Below are positions 37,845-51,660 of a DNA stretch of 64,000 bases, piece by piece. The stretch covers positions 3,406,761 through 3,470,760 of the forward strand of contig NC_057750.1 in assembly GCF_004010195.1 (NCBI RefSeq), written 5' to 3'. The notes under the pieces were generated by a model. The model was not told the origin of the DNA and did no database searches. It saw only the letters and a list, made by a program, of their open reading frames with translations. The position numbers were made by a program, and so were the translations under genes. This stretch comes from Chiloscyllium plagiosum. Lineage: Eukaryota. Position 1 is the first letter of the stretch. Each line of letters opens with the position of its first letter.

Positions 37845-38361
37845 TACCTCAACAGGTAATGTCAAAAATTAGAACTGGATACATCAAATGACATATTCCA
37901 TTCTTTAATATTAACATTCCTGATTCTAATGAGCCAAAAAAGAAATATAAACTAGGTACTCTGCTAAGTGCCTGAATTTCTAAGTAAATTGATCTGTGCA
38001 AATTAGAACTGGACGAATCAAAGATGCCTGAGCTGTGATGCCCTGAGTTTGTGTGGAACTCTATATAACCAGTCTCCGAGACACAGGTGAGGAAAAAAGG
38101 ACGATACAGGATTTTTGCCGCTGGATTGTTAATCAGCTTATCTGGCTGGCAATGCATGTGTTTGGACATTGGACAACACCAAGATGAGATTTAACCATGT
38201 GTCTCCCCACAGTTTAAAAGGCCAGCTGTTTTCTGAACAACAGATTTGTAAGTCTCTCCCTCATTCAATATGTTGGATAATACAATTGGGTTAGTAGATA
38301 TTGTGGTGTTGTCCATGGTTCAGCATCTTTTTAGCAGTTGTTGTTTATTGTGTCTCTACAG

Positions 38362-38524
38362 CTGAGCAAGCAATATGGTCCAGTATTCACTCTCTGGTTT
38401 GGTGGCACTCCTGTAGTGGTGTTGTGTGGCTTTGAGACTCTGAAAGAAGGTTTGATTGAGAGAGGGTATGATTTCAGCGGCAGGTATCTTTTACCGATCC
38501 TCAAAAAAGTTTCAGATGGCTACG
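38362..38524 (+). CDS. CYP2 gene B exon 2
   Basis: tacag|CTGAGC...TACG|gtgag, 163 bp; LSKQYGPVFTLWFGGTPVVVLCGFETLKEGLIE. Confidence 0.95.
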
Positions 38525-40479
38525 GTGAGAAACCTGTTTATTCTCTGTTCAATTTACTGTTTCTGTTTATATCCCCACAAGGTTTCAGCATTTACTTAAA
38601 TAAAATACAACACAGATGGCCATTACTCCATTGAGCTTGTATATTAGGTCATTTGATTTATTTATTATCACATGTATTTTGTTACAAAATACAATGAAAA
38701 GTGATGTCGAGAGTTGTCACTCTCCAGCACATTTTAAAACATAGAAAAATAAACCAAAACATAGAATATAAAAGACAGAAAAATAGAGAAATAAAGTTGA
38801 ACTTTACAGTCCTTCTTGTTAAGTACTCAGCCATGGGCTTGGAGTCGCCAGCCAAGGTCCCCTTGCTGACCTGTTGGAACAAGAGTTGTCACTCTCTGGG
38901 GCCACCTTACCTCAACCAACACTACTGCCACCAGGAGTCCTCACTGCACCTCACCAACACAGCCATCACCAATGCTGCACCGGCCCAAACTGGATTCCGC
39001 TGCTAAGAGTCCGCTCTGGGCATACTTCACCGATGCAGCCACCATTGATGCTGCCAAGTCACGTAGTGGGCTCGACCTCCCCTCTGCCGCTTCCTTCATG
39101 AGTTTGTGCTGGATGCAGATGCTGTGAGGAACCCAAATGTGCCTCCACTGCAGCAGCCATGGGGACTTACCAAATGTCTTTCTTTTGACTTTTCCCTCAT
39201 TATCTCAGTGATAATGCTAAATTTATGGTGCTTTGTTGTTAATTTAAAAAGTGAAAATAAAAACCGGGATATTCAGTTGTTTACTTTCATTCTTGTGGAA
39301 CATGCTTTTACAAAGCAACTTTTCTATTATCATGTTATATCAAATATTTTAATAACCACTGAACTGTGTGCTTATGGAACTATATTTACTACCATTATGC
39401 AGAATAATGTGGCAGCCAATAAGTAATAAGTTGAATGATAAGTTAAGAACTGTTTTTGGTGATGTTGGTTAAGAGATAAATATTGGCTAAACCACGAGAA
39501 AACATTTGGATTTTTCATAAAATCCTGGGTTTCACATGGCACCTAAGGGACATTACTTCCTCGTTATTGCATTAGAAAGTGTCAGTTGACTGTCTACTCA
39601 AATCCTGTAGTGGAAGTTGAACCCACAATTTAACTTGCTGTTTTTTTCGAAACCACATACATTGGATGAAACTTGATTTAATATCTTTGTCTTAAAGATA
39701 TTGCCAAATTCCCTCAGTATTTCACTGGGGAGGGAAGGATTTGTCCTGGGAGTCCTCAACATTGACTCCAGAACTCAAGAATCTTATTCATCAGGTTATC
39801 ATGGGCAAGAAAACTTCCTGTTTATTACCATTTAGTGCACCCTGCTGCAACGCTCTCCTCTGAGTTGGTGAATCAGTATTCCTTTATGTTAAGCATCAAG
39901 TAGAAGCACTGTTGGTGGTAAAGCTACAGAATGCACTTTGGTGGGGAATGGATTTTGATGTCCCCCAAGAGTAGTTGCACCACTACTGACTGAACTGAGT
40001 CCTAAAGGAAATAACTGTTAGACTGGGTCTGCAGCAAATAGCGAGGGAACCAACAAGCGGGTTTGGAAGGAATGATCTTGGCTTAGTCCTTGTGGAGATG
40101 AAGTCCCATCTACACATTGAGGATACGCTCCATTGAACTTTGTGGCATATGGCCATACCAAATGAGAGAAATTTCGAACAGATATAGCACCTCAAAACTG
40201 GGCACCCATAAGTCACTGTAGGTAATCAACTTCAATAGAATTCTTTCTTGATTATGTGTTTTATTGAGATATGTCTCTTGATTAAACTTAAAAATATAAG
40301 CCATAAGCATTAAATTAGCCTGTAGCAGCATTTTATAGAGGAATAAGACAGTGCTAATTTCTGGGTCTGTAGATTGAAAGAAGCAAAAATAGCTTTTAGT
40401 AGAGTGATACACTCTCCTTGTTGGATATGGGAGTTTAGGGAGAGTTTACGTGTTACTGAGGATTATATCTGCAATGAAT

Positions 40480-43400
40480 ATCGTTGCTTGCAAATCCTAT
40501 TAGATCGATTGGATTGATTGGAGTGACAGAAGAAATGAGGAATTTACAAGAGCACGAACAGCCAAGTTTTTGGTTTCGAGACTGGCTCAAATGCAATGAG
40601 GGGTACGTCGGGTTCCAAGAGTTCAATTGTGTTGGAGGACTCTCTCGTCCGAGGTACAGACAGACGTTTCTGTGGCCAGCAGCGAAAAATCAGTGGTTTA
40701 TTACCTCCCTGGTGCCAGGATCAAGGGTGTCTCAGAGAGGGTGCAGAATGTTCTCAAGGAGGAGAGGGCCCAGCAGGAGGTCATTGTACACATTAGAACC
40801 AATGACATAGGAAGGGAAAAGGATGAGATTCAGAAGGGACAATATAGGAGTTAGGCAGGAATTTAGGCAGGTCCTCGAGAGTAGCAATATCTGGAATACC
40901 CCTTGTGCTGCAAGCTAGTGAGGGTAGGAATAGGAGGATAGATCAGATGAATGCATAACTGAGGAACTATGGGAGAAAGATTCACTTTTTTGGATCATTG
41001 GAATCTCTTCTGGGGTAGAAGTGACCTGTACAAGGACAGATTGCACCTGAATTGGAAGGGGTCTAATACACTGCAGAGAGATTTGCTACAGCTGCTCGGG
41101 AGGATTTAAACTAGTTAAGTAACGGGAGGACCCATGGAGATAATGAGGAAAGTGATCAATCTGAGACTGGTACAGTTGACAAAAGTCAAACAGTCAAGGC
41201 AGGCAGGGACAAAGCAGAGAACAAGGTAGGACTGATAAATTAAACTGCATTTATTTCATTGCAAGGAGCCTAACGGGGAAGGCAGATGAACCCAGGGCAT
41301 GGTTAGGAACATGGGACTGGGATATCATAGCAATTACAGAAATGTGGCTCAGGGATGGACAGGACTGGCAGCTTAGTGTTCCAGGATACAAATGCTACAG
41401 GAAGGACAGAAAGGGAGTAGGTCAAGGGGGGCAAGAGGGGAGGGGGAGTGGCATTTTTGATAAGGGATAGTATTACAGTGAGGAGTTTCCTGAAAATACA
41501 TCCAGGGAAGTTATTTGGGTTGAAATGAGAAAGGGATGATCACCTTATTGTAATTATATTATAGATCTCTAATAGTCAGTGGAAAATTGAAAAGCAAATT
41601 TGTAAGAGATCTCAATTATCTGTAAGAATAATAGAGTGGTTATTGTAGAAGATTTTAACTTTCCAAACATAGACTGCGGCTGCCATAGTGTTAAGGATTT
41701 AGATGGAGAGGAATATAAGTGTGTACAAGAAAATTTTCTGATTCAGTATGTGGATGTACCTACTAGAGAAGATGCAAAACTTGACCTATTTTTGGGAAGT
41801 AAGGCAGGGCAGGTGACTGAGGTGTCAGTGGGGGAGCACTTTGGGGCCAGTGACCATCATTCTATTAATTTTAAAATAGTGATGGAAAAGGAATGACCTA
41901 AAAGTTGAAGCTCTAAATTGGAGAAAGGCTAATTTTGACTGTATTAGGCAAGAACTTCCAAAAGCTGATTAGGGGCAGATGTTCACAGGTAAAGGGACGG
42001 CTAGAAAATGGGAAGCCTTCAGAAATAAGATAACACGAGTCCAGAGACAGTATATTCCTGTCAGGGTGAAAGAAAAGGCTGGTAGGTGTAGTGAATGCTG
42101 GATGACTAAAGAAATTGAGGGTTTGGTTATGAAAAAGAAGGAAGTATATGTCAGATGTAGACAAGATAGACCGAGTGAATCCTTAGAGAATAAAGGCAAT
42201 AGGAGTATATTTAAGAGGGAAATCAGGAGGGCAAAAAGGGGCATGAGATAGCTTTGGCAAATAGAATTAAGGAGACTCCAAAGGGTTTTTACAAATACAT
42301 TAAGGGCAAAAGGGTAACTAGGGAAAGAATAGGGCCCTTCAAAGATCAGCAAGGTGGCCTTTGTGTGGAGCCGCAGGAGTTGGGGGAGATACTAAACGAG
42401 TATTTTGCATCAGTGTTTACTGTGGAAAAGGGCATGGAAGCTGTAGAATGCAGGGAAATAGATGATGACATCTTGAAAAATGTCATATTACAGAGGAGGA
42501 AGTGCTGGATGTCTTAAAATGCACAAAAGTGGATAAATCCCCAGGACCTGATCAGGTGTATCCTCAAACTCTGTGGGAAGTTAGGGAAGTGATTGCTGGG
42601 CCCTTGCTGAGATATTTGAATCATGGATAGTCACAGGTGAGGTGTCAGAATACTGGAGGTTGGCTAATGTGGTGCCACTATTTAAGAAAGGTGGTAAGGA
42701 CAAGTCAGGGAACTATAGACCGGTGAGCCTGAAATCAGTGGTGGGCAAGTTGTTGGAGGGAATCCTGAGGGACAGGATGTACATGTATTTGGAAAGGCAA
42801 GGACTGATTAGGGATAGTTAACATGGCTTTGTGCATGGGAAATCATGTGTCACAAACTTGATTGAGTTTTTTGAAGAAGTAACAAAGACAATTGATTAGG
42901 ACAGAGTGGTGGATGTGATCTATGTGGACTTTAGTAAGGCGTTCGTCAAGGTTCCCCATGACAGACTGGTTAGCAAGGTTAGATCTCATGGAATACAGAA
43001 AGAACTAGCCATTTGGATACAGAACTGGCTCAAAGGTAGAAGACAGAGGGTGGTGGTAGAGGTTTCTTTTCAAGACTGGAGGCGTGTGACCAGTGGAGTG
43101 CCACAAGGATCAGTGCTGGGTCTACTACTTTACGTCATTTATATAAATGATTTGGATGTGACCATAATAGGTATCGTTATTAAGTTTGCAGATGACACCA
43201 AAATTGGAGGTGTAGTGGAGAGCGAAAAAGGTTATCTCAAATTACAATGGGATCTTGATCTGATGGGCCAATGGGCTGAGAAGTGGCAGATGGAATTTAA
43301 TTTGGATAAATGCAAAGTGCTCCATTTTAGGAAAGCCAATCTTAGCAGGACTTATACACTTAATGTAAGGTTCTTGGGAGTGTTGCTGAACAAAGAGACC

Positions 43401-44098
43401 TTGGAGTGCAGCTTCATAGCTCCTTGAAAGTGGAGTTGCAGGTAGATAGGATAGTGAAGAATGTGTTTGGTATGCTTTCCTTTATTGGTCAGAATACTGA
43501 GTTCAGGAGTTGGGAGGTAATGTTGCGATTGTACAGGACATTGGTTAGGCCACTTTTGGAGTACTGTGTGTAATTCTGGTCTCCTTCCTATTGGAATAAT
43601 GTTGTGAAACTTGAAAGGGTTCAGAAAAGATTTACAAGGATGTTGCCAGAGTCGGAGGATTTGAGCTATAGGGAGAGGTTGAATAGGCTAGGGCTGTTTT
43701 CCCTGGAGCATCGGAGGCTGAGGCGCAACCTTATAGAGGTTTATAAAATCAGGAGGACATGGATAGGATAAATAGACAAAGTCTTTTCCATGGGGTGGGG
43801 TGAGTCCAGAACTAGAGGGCATAGGTTTAGGATGAGAGGGAAAGATATAAAAGAGATATAAGGGGCAACATTTTCACGCAGAGGGTGGTACGTGTATGGA
43901 ATGAGCTGCCAGAGGAAGTGTTGGAGGCTAGTACAATTGCAAAATTTAAATGGCATCTGGATGGGTATCTGAATAGGAATGGAGGGATATGGGCTGGGTG
44001 GTGGCAGGTGGGATTAGATTGGGTTGGGATATCTGGTCAGCTTGGATGAGTTGGACCGAAGGGTCTGTTTTCATGCTTTACATCTCTACAACTCTAAC
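40480..44098 (+). mobile_element. Near full-length decayed CR1 LINE (ORF1 SGNH esterase + ORF2 APE endonuclease/RT)
   Basis: ORF1 EDSLVRG, LPGARI, HIRTNDI, DRLHLN; ORF2 DFNFP, SDH, VIYVDFSKAF, GVPQGSVLG, KFADD; 3' tail; many stops and frameshifts. Confidence 0.9.
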
Positions 44099-45050
44099 CA
44101 TAATTAGTAACTTCATGACTTGGCATATTTCCTGCTCTATCACTATTACCAAACTGCATGACCAACCATGGTTCAGTGAAGAATGGAGAAAGGCATGCCA
44201 GGAGCAGAACAAGGCATCAACTTGTATCTACACAGCAATGTGAAAAATTGTTCAGCTTTGGCCTGTCCATAAAACACAGGAAGAATCTAACTCTACCAAA
44301 TACCTCTATCGGTCTACTTCAGGCCATCAGAAAAGTAATAGAAGGCACATCAACTGTGCATTCAAGTGACATTGCTCAACAATAACATGCTCTTTGCTGG
44401 TCAGTTTGGGTTCCACCACAGTCACTCAGCTCCTGACGTTATTACAACCTTGGTTCAAGCATGAACAAAAGAACTGAATTTCAGAGGTAAGATGAGAGTG
44501 ACTTCTTTTGACAACAAGGCAGCATTTGATTGAGTATGAAATCACTGGGCACTATCAAAGGAGTTGAGTCAATGGGAATTAGAGAGAATCACTCCATTCA
44601 TTGGAGCAATATCTAGCAGAAAGGTAGATGGTTGTGGTTATTGAAGGTCAATCATCTCAGGACATCACTGCAGTAGTTCCTCAGTATTCAGCTACATCAT
44701 CAATGACCATTCTTCCATCAGAAAGTGGGGATGTTGGCTAATTATGAACAATGTACAGCAGTATCTTTACTGCAGCTATGAAATGGGGCTGGATAAGCTC
44801 GGGTGTTTTCTTTGGAGCATGGAAAGCCAAAAGGGAATCTGATTGAAGTATATAAGTTTATAAGGGGCAAGAAAAGGGTAGATCAAAAAAAAAGCTTTTC
44901 CCTTTATTTGAAGGGTCAATAACAAGGGACCCTAATTGTAAAGTGAAAGTCAAGAGGCTTAGATGGGATTTGAGGAGAATATTTTTTCAACCATTGAACT
45001 GAAAATTTTGTCTCAGGTAATTTTCACTCATATTAATATCTTTCATGTAG

Positions 45051-45200
45051 GGATTGCCTTCAGTAATGGTGAGAGATGGAAACAACTTCGGAGATTTTCT
45101 CTCAGCACCTTGAAGAATTTTGGAATGGGAAAAAGAAGTATTGAAGAGCGGATTCAAGAAGAAGCACAGTGCCTGGTTACAGCTATCAGGAACAAACAAG
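45051..45200 (+). CDS. CYP2 gene B exon 3
   Basis: tgtag|GGATT...CAAG|gtttc, 150 bp; [38 protein letters not shown]. Confidence 0.95.
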
Positions 45201-45392
45201 GTTTCTGACTAAAGTAAAATAATATTCAGAAACAAATCTGTCTTAGAGTTATATAGCATGGAAGCAGATCTTTCAGTCCAACCAGTCCACACCGACCGTG
45301 TTCCCAAATTAAACTAGTCCCATCTGCCTGCACTTGGCCCCTATCCCTCCAAACCTTTCCTATTGATGAACTTATTGAAATGTCTTTTAAAC

Positions 45393-45878
45393 TGGATGTA
45401 GGTTTGCTCACTGAGCTGGAAGGTTCGTTTTCAGACGTTTTGTCATGATACTAGATAACATCATCAGTGAGCTTCCAGTTGAAGCACTGGTGGTATGGCC
45501 TGCTTTTTATTTATGTGTTTAGGTTTCCTTGGGTTGGTGATGTCATTTCCTGTTCTTATTCTCTGGGGGTGGTAAATGGGATCCAAGTCAATGTGTTTGT
45601 CGATAGAGTTCCGGTTGAAATGCTATGCTTCTAGGAATTATTGTGCATGTCTTTGTTTGGCTTGTCCTGGGATGGATGTGTTGTCCCAGTCAAAGTGGTG
45701 TCCTTCCTCATCTGTATGTAAGGGTACTAGTGAGAGTGGGTCATATCTTTTTGTGGCTAGTTGATGTTCATGTATCCTGGTGGCTAGTTTTCTGCCTGTT
45801 TGCCCAATGTAGTATTTGTTACAGTTCTTGCAAGATATTTTGTAAATGACATTAGTTTTGCTTGTGGTCTGTATATAC
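45393..45878 (-). mobile_element. Penelope/Poseidon-type element with GIY-YIG endonuclease remnant
   Basis: Minus strand KTNVIYKISCKNCNKYYIGQTGRKLATRIHEHQLATKR...; mutated hammerhead at 45431-45472 (GAAA changed to AAAA). Confidence 0.85.
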
Positions 45879-46091
45879 TTTCATCCTTTATAAAAACAAA
45901 AGAAACCCTGTCATTTTGTATCTCTTAAGTTTAAAAAAAGACTTGCATTTAAATACTGTCTTTCAAAACTTTGAACCAATGTATGAGCATATGAATTAGG
46001 AGTAGGGTTCGGCCTTTCAGCTCCTTCAGCCTGCTCCATCATTCACTAATGTCATGGCTGATCTGACTGTAATCTTAAATCTGCATTTCTC

Positions 46092-46760
46092 ATAGAGTCA
46101 TAGAGATGTACAGCACAGAAACAGACCTTTCGGTCCTACTCGTCCATGCCAACCAGATATCCCAACCTAATCTAGTCCCACTTGCCAGCACCCGGCCCAT
46201 ATCCCTCCAAACCCTTCCTATTCACTTTTCCAGGTTGAACTACATCTGCCACTTCTCAGCCCAAATCTGCATCCTGTCAATGTCCCATTGCAACCTACAA
46301 CAGGCCTACACAATATCCAGAATTCCACCAACCTTTGTGTCATCAGCAAACTTACTAAGCCACCTTTCCGCTTCATCATTGAAGTTATTGATAAAAATCA
46401 CAAAGAGCAGAGGTCCAAGAACCAATCCCTGGGGAACACCACTGGTCACCGAGCTCCAGGTTGAATACTTCCCATCTACCACCACTCTCTCTTCTATGGG
46501 CTAGCCAATTCTGTATCCAGACAGCCAGATTTCCCTGTATCCCATGCCTTCTTACTTTCTGAATGAGCCTACCCTGTGGAACCTTGTCAAACGCCTTGCT
46601 AAAATCCATGTACACCACACCCACTGCTCTACCTTCATCAATGTATTTTGTCACATCCTCAAAGAATTCAATAAAGTTTTTGAGGCATAACCTGCCCCTT
46701 AGCAGGGCATGCTGACTATCTCTAATCAAATTATGGTTTTCCAAGTAGTCATAAATCCTG
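46092..46760 (-). mobile_element. CR1 LINE fragment with internal deletion
   Basis: VVYMDFSKAFDKVP on the minus strand joined to the 3' tail. Confidence 0.85.
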
Positions 46761-46789
46761 CTTGGAGTAATAGAGGAGTGCACCAGAGC

Positions 46790-47330
46790 ACCTCTGTGGA
46801 ATATTGACAGTGGGGGTGAGGGAGGAGATCTGTTTGGTGGTCATACTCCACCGGAGGTGGCAGAAGTAGTCGAGGATGCTACTTTGAGCTGGAGATTAGT
46901 GAGGTGAGAAGTGATGACAAGGGAAGCCGTATTGCTGTTCGGGGAAGGAGAAGAACTGGTGAGGACAGAAGTGCAGGAGATGGGTCAGGCATGGCAGAGG
47001 TCCTTATCAATATGAGGAATCCTTGGTTGACCAAAAAGGAGATGGGGGAGGTTGGAGGCATGCAGGTGGAAACTGGCAACATTGAAACAGATGCAACAGA
47101 GACAGAGAAACTGTGAGAATTGAATAGAGTCTGTGCAGGAAGCAGGATGTAAGGAAGTATAGTTGAGGTAACTGTAGGTGTTGCTAGGTTTGTCATGGAT
47201 ATTGGTGGACTGTCTGTTTTTGGAAATAGAAAGAAAGTCAAAGAAGGAAAGGAAAAATCAGAGGGACCATGTGAAGGCGAGAGAAGGACGGAAACCGGAA
47301 ACGAACTGATTTAAATTTTCCAAATTCCAG
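46790..47330 (-). mobile_element. Old Neptune-type Penelope RT fragment
   Basis: Minus strand STNIHDKPSNTYSYLNYTSLHPASCTDSIQFSQFLCLCCIC resembles the PLE RT C-terminal KPT..YL...S.HP..C...I..SQF.R motif. Confidence 0.65.
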
Positions 47331-48859
47331 ACAAGCACTTAAAGTAGCACATCTACACCTTTAACCACCCTTAACTAGAATATATCTAACTGTGCCTTAA
47401 ACATATTCAAGGATCTGTTTCAACCAACTTTTTTAGGAAGAGAATTCCAAAGACTGTCAAACCCCTGAGAGAAAGCAAAGGTTGCCTTACCTTTGTTTTC
47501 AATAGTGACCAATAGTTCTAGATTTTCCTATAAGAAGCAATCTCTCTACGTCTATCCTTTAGGGTCTTTATATGTTTCAATCAAGTCACATCTTACTCTT
47601 CTAAACTTCAGCAGTTCAAGCTTAACCTTGAGTAACTTTTCTTCATAAAACTCCAAAACTCAGGCATTGATCCAGTAAACCTTCTCTGAATTGCATCCAA
47701 CATAATTCCTTAAAATAACATGACCTGTATTGTGCACAATAATCCAGATGCAGTCTCATCAGTGCCCTGTATAACTGAATCATACCTTGCTACTTTGATA
47801 TTAAATTTCCCTTGCAGTAAGTAATAACATTATATTGGCTTTCCTAATTACTTGTTGTACCAGTATACTAATGTTTTGCAAATCATGCATAAATACACCC
47901 AGATTCCTCTATATCTCAATATGCTTTCAAACAGATAGGATCTTCATTAGAAATGTAAATTTATGATAAAGATACATATTTTATAGGGTGCTATCACACA
48001 ATTCATCATTGAAATGCAGCCAGTAGTCTTGAACTGTTAAACACAGCACCACTTCTGCATAGTATCTCACAAACACTGTGAGTCAAATAAGAATTAAGTG
48101 CTGATGATCAAAGATGACAAGTATCTATTTAAACACATAATGGCTAGTGAAAATAGTGATTTGTGAAGATGTAAGTACTGTATTTGTTTTGCTACTAGCA
48201 GAGATCGGAGATTTCAGACAACATTCCAAAGGTTAAAACTAAACTTCACCTCAGTTGTGGTTATGTTATTACCTGCTGGAGGCTGACTGTGAACAGATTG
48301 TATTAATTTAGCACTCCTTATGTAAAGAAAGCATTGAGTACTTTACTGAATGAGACAGTGAGAGGCAAATATGGGTGCAGAAATCATGCTTTAGAGAAAG
48401 ATGTAAGTGTATTTTAAAAGCAACTATACACTGAAGATACATTGCTTAGCTAACCGGAGATTCCTCACGGTTCAGCTTCTCACTAACAGTGAGTAAATGA
48501 ACCACAAGGATCAAGAATATCCAAGGCTTAATTCATTGAATTGGATGTTTTCAGCATGAGTGATGAGGTCACTACCATATGTTTAGCTCTTGGACCGCGG
48601 AGGTGAATAAATCACTTTTTCCCCAACTGCAATGAGTTACCTCACCCCCTCCCCCACTGAGAGGGCACGTAAATGGCAATTGAATGAGAACAGAATCACA
48701 TTCATTAGTGATATCCCCATTATCAAACAGCTTGTTGACATTTTTTTTAAAACACAGGGTCGTCTTATTTTTAATAACTATTAATTGTTAATGTCTGCTT
48801 CTGAGTTGCTTGTATATCACTATATAACTTTCTAACGCCTTCTCTTTCAATGATATCAG

Positions 48860-49020
48860 AGCTCCCATTTAACCCAGATTTTCTGCTGAGATGCGCAGTG
48901 TCAAATATCATCTGTTCCATTGTCTTTGGAGACCGGTTTGAATATGAAGATGAAAGGTTTCTAACATTGATGGAAAGAACGGAAGGAATTAGCAATGCTT
49001 TCAGCAAACCTGGAGTGCAG
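48860..49020 (+). CDS. CYP2 gene B exon 4
   Basis: atcag|AGCTC...GTGCAG|gtact, 161 bp; LPFNPDFLLRCAVSNIICSIVFGDRFEYEDERFLTLMERTEGISNAFSKPGVQ. Confidence 0.95.
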
Positions 49021-50139
49021 GTACTTTAACTCTTTTGCAATTGTTATTGAAACTATTTCCAAACTAGATACATTTCCAGATTACATTCAAATATTGATTC
49101 AATAAAGAAATTGTGAAGACATATATGGGAGACAAATGGAACTTGCATGGAGGATTTCATTTCGTGAGGCTTAGCAAGATCTCTAACCGCATCTTACCAA
49201 ACACACTTCATTAACTACTTACCCTATGCTGTCCTTCTCCCCTGATTGTAGCTAAACACTGTTACTGGAAGAACTTGCCACTTACCAGATATCCATCAAG
49301 AGACTGGTATCTCTTTCATTCATGCCATCTTTAAAAGGCTGCCGTACACCCAGCCAAATGTTGGCAATCTGGCAATACTTATTACTGGTAATGTAATGGA
49401 ACAGCAGCCATCAAACTGTACTGTTCACGGCACATAGCCATGATTGACACTCCCTTGCACATCCAACCCCAATCTCTCATCGTAGTTGTGTTTATCCACC
49501 AGACCACACAGTGTACCTGTCTTAAGCCACATCCCATCCTGTCACCCTGAGTCACCTATACTCTATCCCAATGTAGACCCACATCTTATTGTTCTTGATG
49601 AAAGGCTTTTGACCAAAATGTCAATTCTCCTGCTCCTCGGATGCTGCCTGTAATGCTGTGCTTTTCCAACACCACACTCTCGACCTACATCTTATCGTTG
49701 TCCAGTATGGGATCATTACAGAAATGCAACTATTGGACAATTACAAACATGAGCTTTTACTTATAGCCAGCAAAAACAAATACAAACAAAACGAATGGAG
49801 GATCGGTTCGGCCCCACATACATACCAAATGCGAGCATGATGACCAATCCTTATTTTACGGTCCTCTGTGGCTGCTGCACTCAGCTCTCATCTACTGCAT
49901 CCAGTGTGAATCAAGTCCCATCTGATTTGTAACACTTGATGTAGCTGAGCACTGTCATGCACAAAGAGAGCTTCAACCTTCTAATGTCCTCATCATCCTT
50001 CTTGGAAGATTGCTTCTGTTCCCCCAATTTCCTTAGCAATCAACACATCACCTTGGTGTTTGCTGCACTAGTGCAAAGCACAACATGCTAGGAAGATCCA
50101 ATAACACACTGTCCAGAATATAGCTGCAGCGCTCCCAGA

Positions 50140-51660
50140 CTAGTCCAAACAATGGAACTGCCTTGGCCCTGGTCATCCGTAAAGTGATCGAAGGTGTCAT
50201 CAATAGTGTTATCAAGCAGCACTTGCTCAGCAATAATCTGCTTAGTGATGCCCAGTTTCGGTTCCACCAGGGCCACTCAGGTGTTGACTTCATTACAGCC
50301 TTGGTTCAAACATGGACAAAAGAGCTGAATTCCAGAGGTGAGGTCAGAGTTACAGCCCTTGACAGCAAAGCTGCATTTGAGTGAGTATAACATAAAGGAG
50401 TCCTAGCAAAACTGGAATCAGTAGGTAGCGGGGGCAAACTCTCCACTGGTTAGAGTCATACTTGGCACATAGGAAGATGGTCATGATTGTTGGACGTCAG
50501 TCATCTCAGCTCCAGGACATCTCTGCAGGAATTCCTCAGGATAGTGCCCTATGCCCAACCACCTTCACTTGCTTTATCAAAGCCATTTGATACATACATG
50601 AATAGGAAAGGTTTGGAGGGATATGGGCCAGGAGCAGATAGGTGGGACTAGTTTAGCTTGGGAATATGGTCAGCATGGACTAGTTAGACCGAAGGGTCTG
50701 TTTCCATGCTGTATGACTCTAAGATGTCTAAGAAGACTATTCTTGCAACAGAAGGTCAGAAATTAGGATATTTACCAATGATTACACAATGTTCATCACT
50801 GTTTGCAACTCCTCCAATATTGAAGCAGTCACGTTCAAGTGCAGCAAGATCTGGACAACGTCCAGGCTTGAGCTAACAAATCACAAGTAGCATTCACATC
50901 AAGTGCCAGGCTATGATCATCACCAATAAGAGACAACCTAACTACTGCCCCATAACATTCAATGCTGTTGTCATCACAAAATCCCCCACTACCAACACCC
51001 TGGGGGGGGTTTCATTGACCAGAAACTTAACTGGACTCACCACATAAACACCATGGCCAAAAAAGCAGGTCAGAGGTTGAGAATACTGTGGTGAGTCACT
51101 TGCCTCCTGACTCCCCAAAGCCTGTCCCTCATCTACAAGGCACAAGTCAGGAGCGTGATGGAATACTCCCTACTTGCCTGGATGTGTGCAGCTCCAGCAA
51201 CACTTAAGAATCTTGACACCACCCAGCACCAAGTGAGCCTGCTTGATTGGCACTATAGCCACAAGCATCCACTCCCTCCACTACTGACGCTCAGTAGCAG
51301 CAGTGTGTACCATCTACAAGATGCACTGCAGAAATTCACCAAAAATCCTCAGACACCACCATCCAAACCCACAACCACTTCAATATAGAAGGAAAAGGAC
51401 AGCAGATATATGGGAACACCAACCATGCAAGTTTCCCTCCAAGCTACTCACCATCCTGACTTGGAAACATATCACTGTTCTTTCATTGTCGTTGGTCAAA
51501 ATCATGGAATTCACTCCCTAAGGACATTGTGGGTTATCAACAGCGTGTAGACTGCAGCAGTTCAAGAAGGCAGCTCACCACCACCTTCTCAAGGGGCAAC
51601 TAGGGACAGGCAATAAATGCTGGCCCAGCCAGCGACGCTTACATCCCACAAATAAATAAA
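50140..51660 (+). mobile_element. Second non-LTR LINE family (CR1/L2-group-like), RT to 3' end; related copy at 44100-44760
   Basis: LLSDAQFRFHQGHS...ALDSKAAF...PQDSALCP; ends in an A-rich tail; interrupted by a CR1 tail at about 50585-50720. Confidence 0.7.
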
